From the human T2T-CHM13v2.0 reference genome, Homo sapiens, in the NCBI RefSeq assembly GCF_009914755.1, contig NC_060927.1: a stretch of 64,000 nucleotides of DNA; one strand, 5' to 3'. The position numbers and the translations under genes are program-made. This document shows positions 25,151-41,560 of this stretch, piece by piece (the first letter of the stretch is position 1; the number at the start of each line of letters is the position of its first letter). The notes below the pieces were generated by a model. The model saw only the letters and a list, made by a program, of their open reading frames with translations. It was not told the origin of the DNA and made no database searches.

Positions 25151-27019
25151 CTCTCTGTCTCTGACTCTGTCTCTCTGTGTCTTTGCTTCTGTCAATTTCC
25201 AGTGTCAAATGTTGGTAATTTCCCTTGGTTCAACTAAACACACGCATACACATAAACATGCATGTACCTTAATATGAAATCATTCTCTTTTACATTATTT
25301 TTATATCACTCTCATTTTACTCTATTTTCTCATGTAATTAAAATAAATATTTGCCACTATTCTTTAAAATATCTATAACAGCATTAATGAACTGGAAAAT
25401 CTGTAACAAGTATCTCAGTCTGTAACTAGAATATTGCTTTGACTTTAACTCAAGACATTCTTCTGGGTTTTGTAATCTCTCAAATATATTCACAAAATAA
25501 AACTGATATTGGGAAATAATGCATATTGAACTATCCTGTGTATTAGAAATTAGTTTCCTAGTTCAGAAGCTGCTTTGAAAACAGATTTGACATTCGATTT
25601 GAGTCCTTTGGGAATTAACACAAATGCATTTTCATCATCATTTCATTAGGATTTGAAGCAGTTATAGTTGTGATTTCTGGTAGCTGTATTTCAGAGTAAA
25701 GTGGCTGTGTTAGTGAAGACTTACCCCTGACCAACCCATGTAATTAGATTTACTGATTCAAATAAAGAAAAGAGTGATAAATTTCTGTGTGTGCACACTC
25801 ACAAACTTGTGTGCTTGCATGCCCACCATCTCTCCTCTCTCATTCCCTTTTCTTGTAAATATATAAAGGGTCCTAACTCATTTCTTTTATCTTAAGATCA
25901 GAAAATATGTCTTTTTCCTCTGCGTAAAACAAAACCAAAAGAACAGTTCCACTTTAAGACCATCAGTGGTGAATACTGAAAATCAAAGGAAGAGAATATG
26001 ATGATGGGTGAAAAGAAGGCAAGAGAAAAGATGGCAGGAGAAATGTAGCAAATTTCAGGTTCTGAGGAATTGATTTGAAGTCTTAATAGTGCTAGAATTC
26101 CCTTGGGTTGTACATTCGGGAGTGATATTACCAGTTATCCGCTGTTTTTTAAATTCTTGTTTAAATTACTCAAACGTTTTAATATTCCCTCTGAGTCAAA
26201 TAATACATAACCTACAGTGAGGGAAATTATTTTTGGAATGCAGCAGCTGAGACCCAAGCTTGATGTTCCCAAAACACATCTACTCCCACCAGTTCCTTCT
26301 TGCCTAAATTAATGGAGTTCTAATCTCCATTTTTGAAGACAAAGAGACCCTTTTTTTTGAGTCAAGTATAAAATGGCAGATAAATGTATTGCCTTACATG
26401 AGGAACAGATTATAAATTTGTGTTTGTGTCAGTATAATTAAGGTATTTATGAGAATAAAATACATACTCAAAAGACAGATCACAAGTTAGTCAGTGGAGG
26501 AAAGGAGACATATCTTGGAAGAAGAGTCAAACTGACATTTTTTGACAAATATGTTTTACTTATATTCTCTATGACTATCTAGTAACTTGGGGAAAGTACA
26601 TTTCTGTTGGAAAATCTGATACTGTTAGTGTATGAAAATAATCTTTCTCTTAAATTGTCAAAGGAGAATTATGCATCATATAGCACAGCTTTCCATATAA
26701 CTTATTTAAGTCACTATTTGGAAATTTATTCTATGCCAATTGGGTGGATGATATATTTGATTCCATATTATTAACACTACTTTGAAGGAGAAAAACAAAG
26801 TGAGTATATCAGATAATTATACTGTAAACATTTTCAATAAGTCTCTAAATTTTAGTCTAGAGCATATGGAGAAAGATGAGTGTGTGGGCTACAGTAATGA
26901 GTTACAGCAATAATTTGTTTTTACATATTAATATAAAATAAATATTGACATGATATTCTTACATATTACATTATTTCATTATTTTGGTGAATTTTTGCAA
27001 AAATCTATTTAGATAATAT

Positions 27020-27140
27020 TATTATCCTCATTTTACAGCAGAGAAAACTGATCCGAATTCACAGACTATTAGTAAATTTTCTTAAACTGCACTACTAGTA
27101 AATGGAATAGAAGTCGCTTGGTTCCAAATCATATTTTATT
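27020..27140 (-). mobile_element. MIR fragment
   Basis: attatcctcattttacagcagagaaaactga. Confidence 0.65.
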
Positions 27141-27484
27141 TTGACAAAGGTTAAATCATTATGACCCATTGTATACTTTGATAAATTTATGTAAAATTAG
27201 ATTTTGTGGATTTTTCTGATTCCACGAAGGCAAAATAACATGTTTGGTGGTCATCCTTCTCAGTACAGAAATCAAAATACCAGGTCTGAAATTGTGTGTA
27301 CTTTTGAGTGTGATGAGATGGAACATTTGAAATTGTATGACCTAAAAAAATCTGAGATACATAGGATCCAAGACATGCTTAACATTAATTATGAGGCTTT
27401 GATGTATTTTCAATGGAATTTATAATTTTGCAAAATATTGTCTGATAAATTTGAAAGCAACTGTAATGAAAATAGTTACATTTT

Positions 27485-30141
<2,657 letters not shown>

Positions 30142-30203
30142 TTACAAACGAATCTCTAACACATTTTGGTATCTTTTTTTATACTTTGAAAGGACTGTAG
30201 CAG

Positions 30204-30237
30204 GTGTGTGTGAGTGTGTGTGTGTGTGTGTGTGTGT
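30204..30237 (+). repeat. (TG)n microsatellite, interrupted
   Basis: Seen directly. Confidence 0.9.
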
Positions 30238-30268
30238 TTATAGCCAGTATGTATATATGTAGCAAATA

Positions 30269-30854
30269 CGTTCATGTGCCATTTAATAATGGAGATGCTT
30301 TCTGAGAAATGCATCATTAGGTGACTTCATTGTTGAGAGAACATCATAGAGTGCACATAACACAAACACATTGTGTAGCCTCCTAAACAACTAGGTTATG
30401 TCGTATAGCTTATTACTTCTAAGCTACAAACCTGCATAGCATGTTATTGTACTGAACACTGTAGGCAATTACAATGCAGTGGTATTTGTATATCTAAACA
30501 TATCTAAACACAGAAAAGGTACAGCGAAATATGATATAAAAGATTAAAAAAAATTGCCACCCCTGTATAGGGCACTTTTCATGGAACTTGTGGGAGTAGA
30601 AGTTGCTCTGGGTGGATCTGTGAATGAGCAGTGAGCAAATGTGAAGGCCTAAGACGTTACTATGCATTACTGTAGGCTTTATAAACACTGTACACTTAGG
30701 TTACACTAAATTTGTTTTAAAAATTAAGTAATTGCACTAATGTCACAATGAGAACAATGCCACTAGAGTTTTTCAGCTCCACTATAATCTATGGAACCAC
30801 CCTCATGTATGTGATTTGTTCTTGAGCAAAATGTCATCATGCAGCACCTGACTG
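30269..30854 (-). mobile_element. Tigger3-family non-autonomous DNA transposon
   Basis: ttctgagaaatgcatcattaggtga..aacatcatagagtg; terminal gcagcacctgactg followed by TA. Confidence 0.88.
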
Positions 30855-31220
30855 TATATATATGTAGCAAGTATGTGTGTGCCTGTGTGCGCGTGTGTAT
30901 ATATAAATGTTACATTTACATACACCTGATATGTGCATGTGTAATTATATATGTAACAAGTATGTGTGTGCCTGTGTGCGTGTGTGTACATATACATGTT
31001 ACATTTACATACACCTGATATGTGCATGTATACATATATAGGTAACAAGTATGTGTGTGCCTGTGTGCGTGTGTGTACATATACATGTTACATTTACATA
31101 CACCTGATATGTGCATGTATACATATATAGGTAACAAGTATGTGTGTGCCTGTGTGCGTGTGTGTGTATGTGTATATATACATGCTACGTATGTATACAC
31201 CTGATATGTGTATGTGTAAA
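30855..31220 (+). repeat. 89-bp minisatellite, about 4 copies
   Basis: caagtatgtgtgtgcctgtgtgcg recurs at 30868, 30957, 31046 and 31135 (period 89). Confidence 0.95.
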
Positions 31221-32909
31221 TACATATCCACACACATAGCAGGTGTATATATAGGTAGCCTGTGTGTGTGTGAGTGCATGTGTGTGTATGTGTAGCAGGG
31301 GTTTTGTGTTAGAACCAAGAGCTTGGAACTGGTACAATGAAAATATTTTGCCTGAAAGATATGCTTAGTAAAAGTCCCAAGTTTCACACATTTTTGAGGC
31401 TCAAAGTGAAGAACTCAAAGTGAATTATTAGGTAATCATATCTACTTCTTCCTAAACCCTTCATCTGATTGTGTGCTAAAATTTAATACTAACTGATCTT
31501 TCCATCTCCATAAAATTCTTTGAGATAACAAAATCCTACATTCCGGTTTCTGAAGGATGGTATTCTGCAAATGTGAAAGTTTCCCTTAACCTCCAAAAAA
31601 TAATTGGGTTAATCCAGCTACCACAAGTGTGAAATTGAGAAGCTGCTTGCTAAGATTGAATTTAATATTGTCACATGTCATCTGAGAGCTGCTTGTCTGA
31701 TCATGTTGCCACTGGACAAAGTAAGCCTTACTACAAAGGATAAAAGAATGATTATTTCAATATCCAGTCATAGTTCATCATCAAACTCTGAGTAAAATGG
31801 AGAAAAAAAGACGTTTTATCTTATATGACTCTATGCATTTCTCTGGGAAGTCATTTATCTGGTTGCTATCCAGGAGAGCAAAGATAATGGGAAAAATCTT
31901 CCACTATTCTCAACTATAATTTTAAATATCAAATTTTAATAAAATAGGTTTTGGTTATTTCTTTTAAAAGCCCTCAATATAAGAAAATGAAATGTTAGAA
32001 ACTTATTTTATAAAATATATTTGTGAACCATAAAACCCCATATAAAATGGAAATTATTATCACCATTAACTACTGATGCTTCTAATCTTATTCTGTAATG
32101 GTTAAAAAATGACTAGAATTTAGAGTTACTGCCAATATATGGGGGGGGGAGGGATTTTATAAAAATAGCTTTATTCATTTGCATGTTAAGCAAGAGTGTG
32201 ATTACTGATGGCCGTAAGAGTCACTTGCTGCTTTAAGCTCTGCTCTGCTGCTGACTCTACATGTGTAGCTTTGAGAGGTCCTTTAGCCCCTCCAGCTTTC
32301 CACATAGGCAGGATGTGGCTATTGTACTTGATGATATGCCAAACATGCTTCTGATTCCAACATTCGATGGTTCTGTGATATTTCTACCTTATTACAAAAG
32401 ACATTCACTTTAAAAGTATAAACACCGTAGTAACTTTTTTTCTTTCATTGTTTTCAATAAAAGGGTAATGGAAGTAAACTGACAAGTTTAGGAGGCTTTC
32501 AGAGCATAAAGGAGAAAGGCTGGCAGCTCTTGAGAACCTCTTTGCTTTCAGCTGAGAGCAAGTAGAGAATGCTTGCTCTCTGGCCCTGAATGTCATAACA
32601 TTATGTTCAGAATCATTGAAATGTCTGACAACACTGTTGATTAAAAATGAGAATCATTAGGCCATGTCTGCCGTTATAGGATGAAGGGTAGTTTGAACAG
32701 TATGGAAAAAAACTATCCCAAAAGGATGATTTGTCTTAGACAATATTACCAAAATTTCAAATTATACTATGTATAGTAATTTGCAGTAATTCACTTTTTT
32801 TTTATATTTAGCTTCATCTTAAAAGTTCTCCTTCATTGGTAATGCTTTGAAAAATGCTGGATTTAGAATTATGAAGAGACTATCAACTAATATTATGGAT
32901 GATATTATT

Positions 32910-33122
32910 ATTATTATTATTTTTTGAGACGGAGTACTCGCTCTTTCGCCCAGGCCGGACTGCAGTGGCGCTATCTCGGCTCACTGCAAGCTCCGCCCCC
33001 CGGGTTCTCGCCGTTCTCCTGCCTCAGCCTCCTGAGTAGCTGGGATTACAGGCGCCCGCCACCGCGCCCGGCTAATTTTTTGGATTTTTAGTAGAGATGG
33101 GGTTTCACCGTGTTAGTCAAGA
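32910..33122 (-). mobile_element. AluY (Yk4-like), 5'-truncated, with TSD
   Basis: gctctttcgcccaggccggactgcagtggcgctatc; CpG-rich; TSD tatggatRatattatt at 32894-32909 and 33123-33138. Confidence 0.92.
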
Positions 33123-33183
33123 TATGGATAATATTATTTAGAAACCATTCTGTGTGCTACAAAAGTCCTTTGAGAATGATATG

Positions 33184-33469
33184 AGCTGGGCACGACGGCT
33201 CATGCTTGTAATCCCAGCTCTTTGGGAGGCCAAGGCGGGTGGATCACCTGAGGTCAGGAGATCAAGAGTAGCCTGGCCAAGATGGCGAAATCCCGTCTCT
33301 ACTAAAAATACAAAAATTAGCTGGGTGTGGTGCAGGGGCCTGTAATCCCAGCTACTCAGGAGGCTGAAGCAGGAGAATCACTTGAACCCAGGAGGCGGAG
33401 GTTGCAGTAAGCCAAGATCATGCCACTGCCCTCCAGCCTGGACAACTCCATCTATTAAAAAAAAAAAAA
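33184..33469 (+). mobile_element. AluS (Sx/Sq-like)
   Basis: ggatcacctgaggtcagg; small deletion near the 3' end; A tail. Confidence 0.93.
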
Positions 33470-33799
33470 GATAACCACTAAAATGGCTATTATTCATCTT
33501 TCAAAATCTGTAATACCTGGAAGTTCTGCATGACCTTTAGGAAAACTACATCCACAAAGCGTTCCTTCTAGTTTCCTAATAAGTTTTAGAAGAAATATTG
33601 CCATTCTGAGCTAAACTAGTTCTACTTCCTTAGGGCAAATTCCTACCATAACATGAAATAGACAAATATAATTACTCTAAAAAAAGTCCAGCCATAGCAT
33701 CTTAGAGTTTAAAGGAATAACCCTTAGGAGTTCACATAATTTTTTTTCCACTGCTTCCTAGGCAGACCTCATTTAGTGTAGCTGGCGTGTTGCCCTGCA

Positions 33800-33975
33800 G
33801 ACTTTACTGAACTGCTAGTACAGGAGTCGCTATGTTTTTAGCTAGCCCATTCAGTTTTTGTAAAGCTCCATCATTACATTTTTCATCATACTGACCTAAT
33901 ACCTAGCTATATTTAGCTTGCTCACGCTCTGCCTTCTGGAGCGAAAACATGCATGTCTGTGCATTCTCTATATCT
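33800..33975. mobile_element. L3/CR1 fragment, left of the MLT1 insertion
   Basis: agcccattcagtttttgtaaagctc..ctctgccttctggagc resembles L3. Confidence 0.5.
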
Positions 33976-33979
33976 ACCT

Positions 33980-34420
33980 AGTATCAGTTAGAGTTTCGTG
34001 TTTTCCTTCATGTAACAGAAAACTCATTAACAGTGGACTTCTCCAAATACTTCTCTAAATATTTTTCTCACAAAATGAGAAATCGAATGAAGCGTTGGTG
34101 TTAATTCAGTGTCTTGAAGATATTAGACCCAAGCTCTCTGTCTTTTCCTCATGGTTGCTGATAAAGGCTGAAGCTATAGTCATCATTGTAATATTCCACT
34201 TGGAGAAAGAAGAAAGGCACATGCCCACTAAGGCTAACTGATCTTTTAAAGGGTCTGTTCTTAAAGTCCTGACCAACATATGCCTCATTGGCCTTAACTA
34301 AAATGGGATTTGATGAAATACATTTTATACCTGGGCACGTTGCCATACTCAATAGAATTGTAATTCTATTAATGAAGAAGTAAGGAAAAATTGGGGTAGT
34401 ATCCAGCAGTTTCTGCCACA
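33980..34420 (-). mobile_element. MLT1J-like MaLR LTR
   Basis: gtatcagttag..gtaacagaaaactc ... ctgggcacgttgcc..gcagtttctgccaca. Confidence 0.75.
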
Positions 34421-34429
34421 CTAACCTTG

Positions 34430-34740
34430 CAGTATTTTAGGATGGCTGTAAGATCCCAACTAAGTTTTCCCTTTCTCTGGCTAAAAGCAATTCCAGTTAC
34501 CTTGAGCATTCTTTTTGCCATCTCTCATTATGAGCATCATCATCTTCCCAAAGTGAAGTGCTTTCTTAAAATATGTTAGAAAGAACAGGACATAGTATTA
34601 CGTTTGTGGCCAGACAGTGGTCATACTGTCTCCTGATCTGTACTTAGTGTGTTTTTGTTCAGGCAGCCTCAGAATGAGGAATAATTTTGGTAACTACTTG
34701 GCTGCAATTGAACATGCAACCAATCAAAGCCATATGAAAT
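34430..34740. mobile_element. L3/CR1 fragment, right of the MLT1 insertion
   Basis: ctttctctggctaaaagcaattccagtt..gaacaggacatagtattac..gcagcctcagaatg. Confidence 0.55.
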
Positions 34741-35905
34741 TGTTTTACATGGAATGAATTGAAGCTCAGATTTCCCTGTTCCATATTAATTTTTTGTGAA
34801 ACATATTGAGAAGTAACTTAAATATAAAAAAAAGCACCCAATTAAATGTAAAATTTGTTGAGTTTGGCCAGTGTAAACAGTTGTATAATCATGACCACAA
34901 ACAAGATACAAGGAACGTTTTTAACACCAAAAATTTATCTTATGTTCCTTTTCTGTCAATCCACTGCCACCTAATCTAGTCTAACCGCTGATCTAATTTG
35001 CATTAATAAAGATTTATTTTGTCTATTCTAGAACTTCTTATCTATGGACATATGTAGTAATATGTCCTGTAGTAATATGCCTGGCATTTTTTGCTCAGCA
35101 TGTTTTTAAAATTCATCCATGTTGTGTTTATCATTAATTTGTTCATGATTATTGCTGAGTATATTCTATTTTATGCTCATATCAGTTTGCTAATCCATTC
35201 TTTTGCTAATTGTCATTTGGACTGTTTCCAGTTTGAAGCTATTATGAATCAAGGTAATATGAATGTTCACGTACAAGCCTTTTTGTAAACATAGATTTTC
35301 TTTTCTGTTAGCAAATATGCAGGAGTGAAATTGCTAGGTCACATAGTAAGTGTATTTTAACTTTATAAGAACATGCAAATCTATTTTCTAAAGTGGTGGT
35401 ACTGTATTACACTCCCACCAGTAGTATATGAGAGTCTCCTTGCTCTACATCCTTGAAACACGCATATTGTCAGTCTTTATTTTAACAATCTAATATGTGT
35501 GTATTTGACTCTGATTATAGTTTTAATTTTCATTTCTCTGATAACAAATGATTTTGAGCATGTTTTTTATGCTGATGGACTTAGTATATCTTTTTATGGA
35601 AGAATCTGTCTATGCATATTTCTCTGTATATATGTGTACATACTTTTTCTTACTATTGAATTTTTTTATATATTTCAGATGCAAGCCATTTGTCAGATAT
35701 ACATATTGCATATATTTTCTACCAATTAGTGGCCTGAATTTCATTTTCTTTATAATTACTTTTTAAAAACCAGTTTAGAGTTTCGATAAAAGATAAATTT
35801 ATTTATTTTTATTTTATTGCTCATATTTTTAATATTGTGGCTTACAAATCCTTCTCCTTTCCCTATCATAAATACGTTTTCTTATTTTTTCTTTTAAAAG
35901 TTTTA

Positions 35906-36556
<651 letters not shown>

Positions 36557-38644
36557 GTCAAGTTGTGTAGTTTTACCTTTTACCTTTAGAATGCACATTT
36601 GTGTAAGGTGTGCTTGAAAATACATTTTTTCCCATATAGTTAGAAAGTTAGCCAACAGTATTTACTGAAAAAATCTTACTTTTCTTATTGATTTACCTTG
36701 GCACTATTGTTGAAATCAATTGCTCATATAAGGTTCAGTCTACTACTGGACTCTCTATTCTGTTCCAGTGAGCTGTTTGTTTATTCTTATAGCAATATAA
36801 CCAAATTGATCACACTAGTTTTGTAGTTAGTCTTGACATTTTTTTAAAAAGTGCTAGTATTCTTAATTTTTTTCTCTTTCAAAATAATGTTAGTTCTTAA
36901 ATGCTCCTTGAATTTCAATATAAATTTTAAAATAAACGTGTCAATATCTATAACATAGCCCATTAGAATTTTTACTGGGATTGTGTTGAATGTACAGAGC
37001 TATTTGGAGATGACTGAAATACAGCATTAGCAGTGTTGTGTCTGCCAACTTATCAACCTGAAAAATCTCCTAATTTATTTAGGTATTCTTTAATTTGTTT
37101 TTCAGCATTGTGATTTGAAGCTCTATTATTATGTGTGTACCTATTTAAGTTTGTTATATATTCTTGATAATTGAACTCTTTATTATTCTAAAATGTCCAG
37201 TTTAAATCTCTATTAGTATTTCTTATCTTGAAGCTTTGTCTGATATTAGTACAGTCACTCTAGCCTTTTCCATCCTTTTAACCAATCTGTCTTTATATTG
37301 AAGGGAGTTTTGTGTAGATAATATATAGTGAATTCCGCTGCTTTATCTACTTTGACAATTAATTTGTATGTTGTTCTCATTGACATTTAACCTAAATATT
37401 AATATGTTTGCCTCACATTTACCGTATTCCTATTTTCTATTTTTCCCATTTGTTCTTTGTTTTCTTTTCCTTCCTTTGTATTATTTGTTAATTGAGTATT
37501 ATATTTTAGTGTTCATTTTACCTCCTCTATTGACATTTTAGCTATGCATCCTTTTTCTGCCCTACCCTCAGTGGTTGCTCTGTGGTTTACAATATGCATT
37601 TTAAAATTATTTCAGTCTACAAATAAGTTGTTTTTCTATTTCATATATAATGTAAAAACTTCATGACTGTATACTTTCATTTTTCTCTCCCATATTTTGT
37701 TGCATTTTAGAATGCTTAATTCAGCAATTGCTATAGACCAGATTATATATTGTTATTATTCTCATTTTATACAGCCAACTATCTTTTAAAGAAACTGAAA
37801 GAAAAAAAGTATTTTTATACCCTCCTAGTTATCAATTTCTTCATTTCTTTTCGTATCTCTGAATTTCCATCTGGTAACCTTTTTCTTCACCCTAAAGAAC
37901 TTATTTTAACATGTCTTGTGGTATCAGTGACTAATTCTTTTTTTCTGCTAAAAATTGTTTTATTTTACTTCAATTTTTACTTGAATTTCATTTTAAAGGA
38001 TATTTACTTCAATTTTAAAGGATATTTATAATATAGAAGGCCTTTTTCCTTATTTTTTCTTTCATTGCTTTAATGATGTTGTTCTATAGACTTGTGGATT
38101 ACATTGTTTCTGGTAATTTGTCTCTATCTTTGTTTTCCTGTATGTGGAAAGCAACTGTTTTATTCAGGGAGCTTTTAAGAGTTTTTATTTATTATTGACC
38201 TTAAACCATTTGGTTATGATATAGCTTGGTGTTCTGTGTGTTTATCTAACTTCATGTTCTTTACACTTTTGGGGTTTGTGGACTGTTATGTTTCATCAGA
38301 GTTGGGTATTTTTTCTAGCCATTTTTATACTCAAATATTTTTCTCCTTCCCCCATTTGAAAGTCTGGTACTAAGTTTACATATATTAGATAGCTTGCTAT
38401 TATCCCACAGATTACTGAGGCTTTGCTCTTTTATATCAGCCTTTCTTTTTATTTTACCATGCTTCAGCTGGGGTTGTTTCTGTTACTATGACTTTACATT
38501 TACTGAACTCTTCTGCAGTTTCTAATCTACTGTTAATCCCTCCCAGTAAATTTTTCATTTCGGGTATTCTGCTTTTTTGATTTTAGGAGGTTCATTTGAT
38601 ATTGTTAATAGTTTGTATTTATTTGCTTACCTGGCCTTCTTTTA

Positions 38645-38995
<351 letters not shown>

Positions 38996-39169
38996 TTAAT
39001 TCATCATCTCTGATATTATCAGTTTTTTTTAATTGTTGTTCTTACTTTTTTCTTAGGATTGTTACTTGTTTTTGCTTCTTCACATCTCTACTATTTTTGC
39101 TTAGATACTGAACTTTGTGAATGTTACATGGCTGCACATACAGATTTTGTCTCATTCCTTTAATGTTAT

Positions 39170-40052
39170 TGATGGGGACGGGGGCAGAGAAATTCTAGGC
39201 AGACAGGGGCCAGTCCCTGGCAAAGCCCCACTCTCAAGCATAAAAACCTGTGACCATGGCCCACAGTGAGAACTTATATCCCTGTTTTCCTGCTGAAATG
39301 TGTCCTTTTCCTAAACCACCCATGGCCTGTACTGCACCCCATCCTGTGTCTATAAAAGCCCCAGAATCAGCTGACAGACAAGGAGCAGCTGGACATCAGA
39401 GACTATGTCTGGACATTAGAAAGAAGCAGCTTGACTTCAGAGGGACAGCTTGATGGTGTAACTTCAGAGAAGAATCCAGCTGGAGACTTCCGGACTTCAG
39501 GGGAAGATTACCTTCCCACCCCATCCCCTTTTCAGCTCCTCTTCCTACTGAGAGCCACTTTCATTGGCAATAAACCCCGCCCCCTGCATTTACCATCATT
39601 CAAATCATTCCTGTGACCTCATTCTTCTGGATGCTGGGCAAGAGCTTGGGATCCATGAGTGCAGATAAAAGAGGGCCCTCTGAGCTGTTAACACTTAAGC
39701 CGTCCACAGATGGCAGAGCTAAAGGAGCACTGTAACACTCCCTCTGGGGCTTCAGGGGTCACAGGCACCCCCAAGTCCAGACACTGCCATGGGGCCTACA
39801 CAGAGTTTGCTCTTGCCGACACCCAAAAGCACTCACCCTGGCTCCTGCACCTGCTTACCTGTGCGCTCACTCCCACAAGGGGTGGAGCAAAGCAGGTGGG
39901 AGTTAATGGAGTTCACCTCTGCTCCTGCACTCCAGTTCCCACCTCATTCACTCACACACTCCCTCCTGCAGGGAGTTGAGAGCTGTGGGCTGAGTAAACT
40001 AGGCACCCTCTTCGCAGGTCCTGCAAAGGGGTCAAGTAAATATCCTGCTTCA
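39170..40052 (+). mobile_element. ERV1 solo LTR (LTR1 family), complete, with 4-bp TSD
   Basis: TG...CA ends; TSD ttat at 39166-39169 and 40053-40056; TATAAAA at 39351; AATAAA at 39569; aagcagcttgacttcagagggacagcttgatgg and gctgttaacacttaagccgtcc LTR1 motifs. Confidence 0.9.
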
Positions 40053-40729
40053 TTATGTTGTGCTTTGTATTGCATGGTGGTTCATTTAGTCGTGAACCTC
40101 AGTAGTCTTTCACTTTGTGTTCCTTGATAGTGATTGTTCACTTGGCCTTGTTGAGTCTCACTCAGTGCATGCACAGCTTAGATTGCATCTGAAGTCTCAA
40201 GGGCACCCTTATGCAAATTTCTGGAGTACTTTCTATGTGAAGCTCCCACTTCCTTGTACCCTGTCCTGCAAATACCAGCAGTCATAGCCTTTTCAAACTC
40301 TGATATTGTCTTTTTAGCTCAACACAACTGGAAAGTGTTTCTGGGTGGAAAACTTGGACAATCATAAGACTCACCTTGTTGCCTCATTTCAGTATTCAAA
40401 ACATGTTACTGTCTGAAAACAATAGTGTCCCGGTTTCTAATTGTTTACACTGGGAGAGATAATCCTGCACCTGTTAGTTCATCATGGCTAAGAGTAGATA
40501 AACTTTAGGCACTTATAAATACAGGACATCACAGTTAGTCTTAGTAATTTGTAACTTGTAGGTTGAAATCCACCTTTTCAACATGTCCACATTATTTGGC
40601 TCTTACCTAACACTCCAAGATTTTTATTGGTTGCATATTTTCAAGTGCCCAGCTTGTTTCTACCACTGGAGAATAGGCCCATGGGTGCTGAGTACAAAAG
40701 TAAGCTCCATGACTCTTTGTGATTAAGTG

Positions 40730-40970
40730 TGAATTTTGTGGACAGATTGCCTCTCCCCAAATTTTGGACCCACTGGTTAAGAGATTGCATCCTTGGGCAA
40801 GTTACTTAACCTGTTTCTTCCTCTCTCTTTTTTTTTTTTTTCCTGTAGAATAGTCTTCTTTCATTATTTTCAGTTAGCTCATAGGCATGTTGTGAAAAAT
40901 AAAGGAGTTAAAATATATGCAAAGCACATAGGACAGCATCTGCTACATACAGTTAAAACTATTATTATTA
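40730..40970 (+). mobile_element. MIR SINE
   Basis: ccttgggcaagttacttaacct core. Confidence 0.8.
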
Positions 40971-41018
40971 ATTCTGACCCAAACTACAAACTATCCATAT
41001 TCTCACTTCTTATCTACC

Positions 41019-41107
41019 TGTCTTTTCAGCTCAACACAACTGGAAAGTGTTTCTGGGTGGAAAGCTTTAGGCACTTACAAATGCAGGACTTCACATTTTG
41101 ACTTAGT
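41019..41107 (+). repeat. Composite dispersed duplication of 40307-40351 plus 40503-40545
   Basis: 36-bp exact match agctcaacacaactggaaagtgtttctgggtggaaa, followed by ctttaggcacttaYaaatRcaggacWtcaca. Confidence 0.9.
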
Positions 41108-41161
41108 CTGTTTTTACGTCTCGTATGGTTTCTGGTAACAGTTGTCCACAATCCACATCTT

Positions 41162-41339
41162 TTTGTTTTTTTTTTTTCCTTTTTTTAAGATGGAGTCTCA
41201 CTCTGTCACCCAGACTGGAGTGCAGTGGTACAGTCTTGGCTCACTGCAACGTCTGCCTCCTGGGTTCAAGCGATTCTCTTGCCTCTGCCTCGGCCTTCTA
41301 AAGTGCTGAGATTACAGGTGTGAGCCACCACACCTGGCC
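41162..41339 (-). mobile_element. Internally deleted AluS (left-arm 5' end fused to right arm) with TSD
   Basis: gattctcttgcctc joined directly to tgcctcggccttctaaagtgct; TSD cacaRtccacatctt at 41147-41161 and 41340-41354. Confidence 0.9.
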
Positions 41340-41560
41340 CACAGTCCACATCTTAATTCCCTCATTTTTGTAAATATTCCTCAAAGGTTTGTCTGATTGA
41401 ATATGGCTTATTATCAAGGCTGTGATCCAGATAGCTTTATATTTCCCATCCAAATTTCTGATTAAAGAGTACCAAGAATTAAATTTTGTAGAATGCCACA
41501 GAGGGATTGGTGGAAGGTTGTGTATGTTTACTCAGAGAAGCATATTAAAATACTGACATC

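Noticed and set aside
30803-31387. His/Thr/Tyr-rich repetitive ORFs
   Set aside because: Translations of the 89-bp minisatellite
39250-40127. Four ORFs of 61-112 aa
   Set aside because: All lie within the solo LTR; no gag, pol or env similarity
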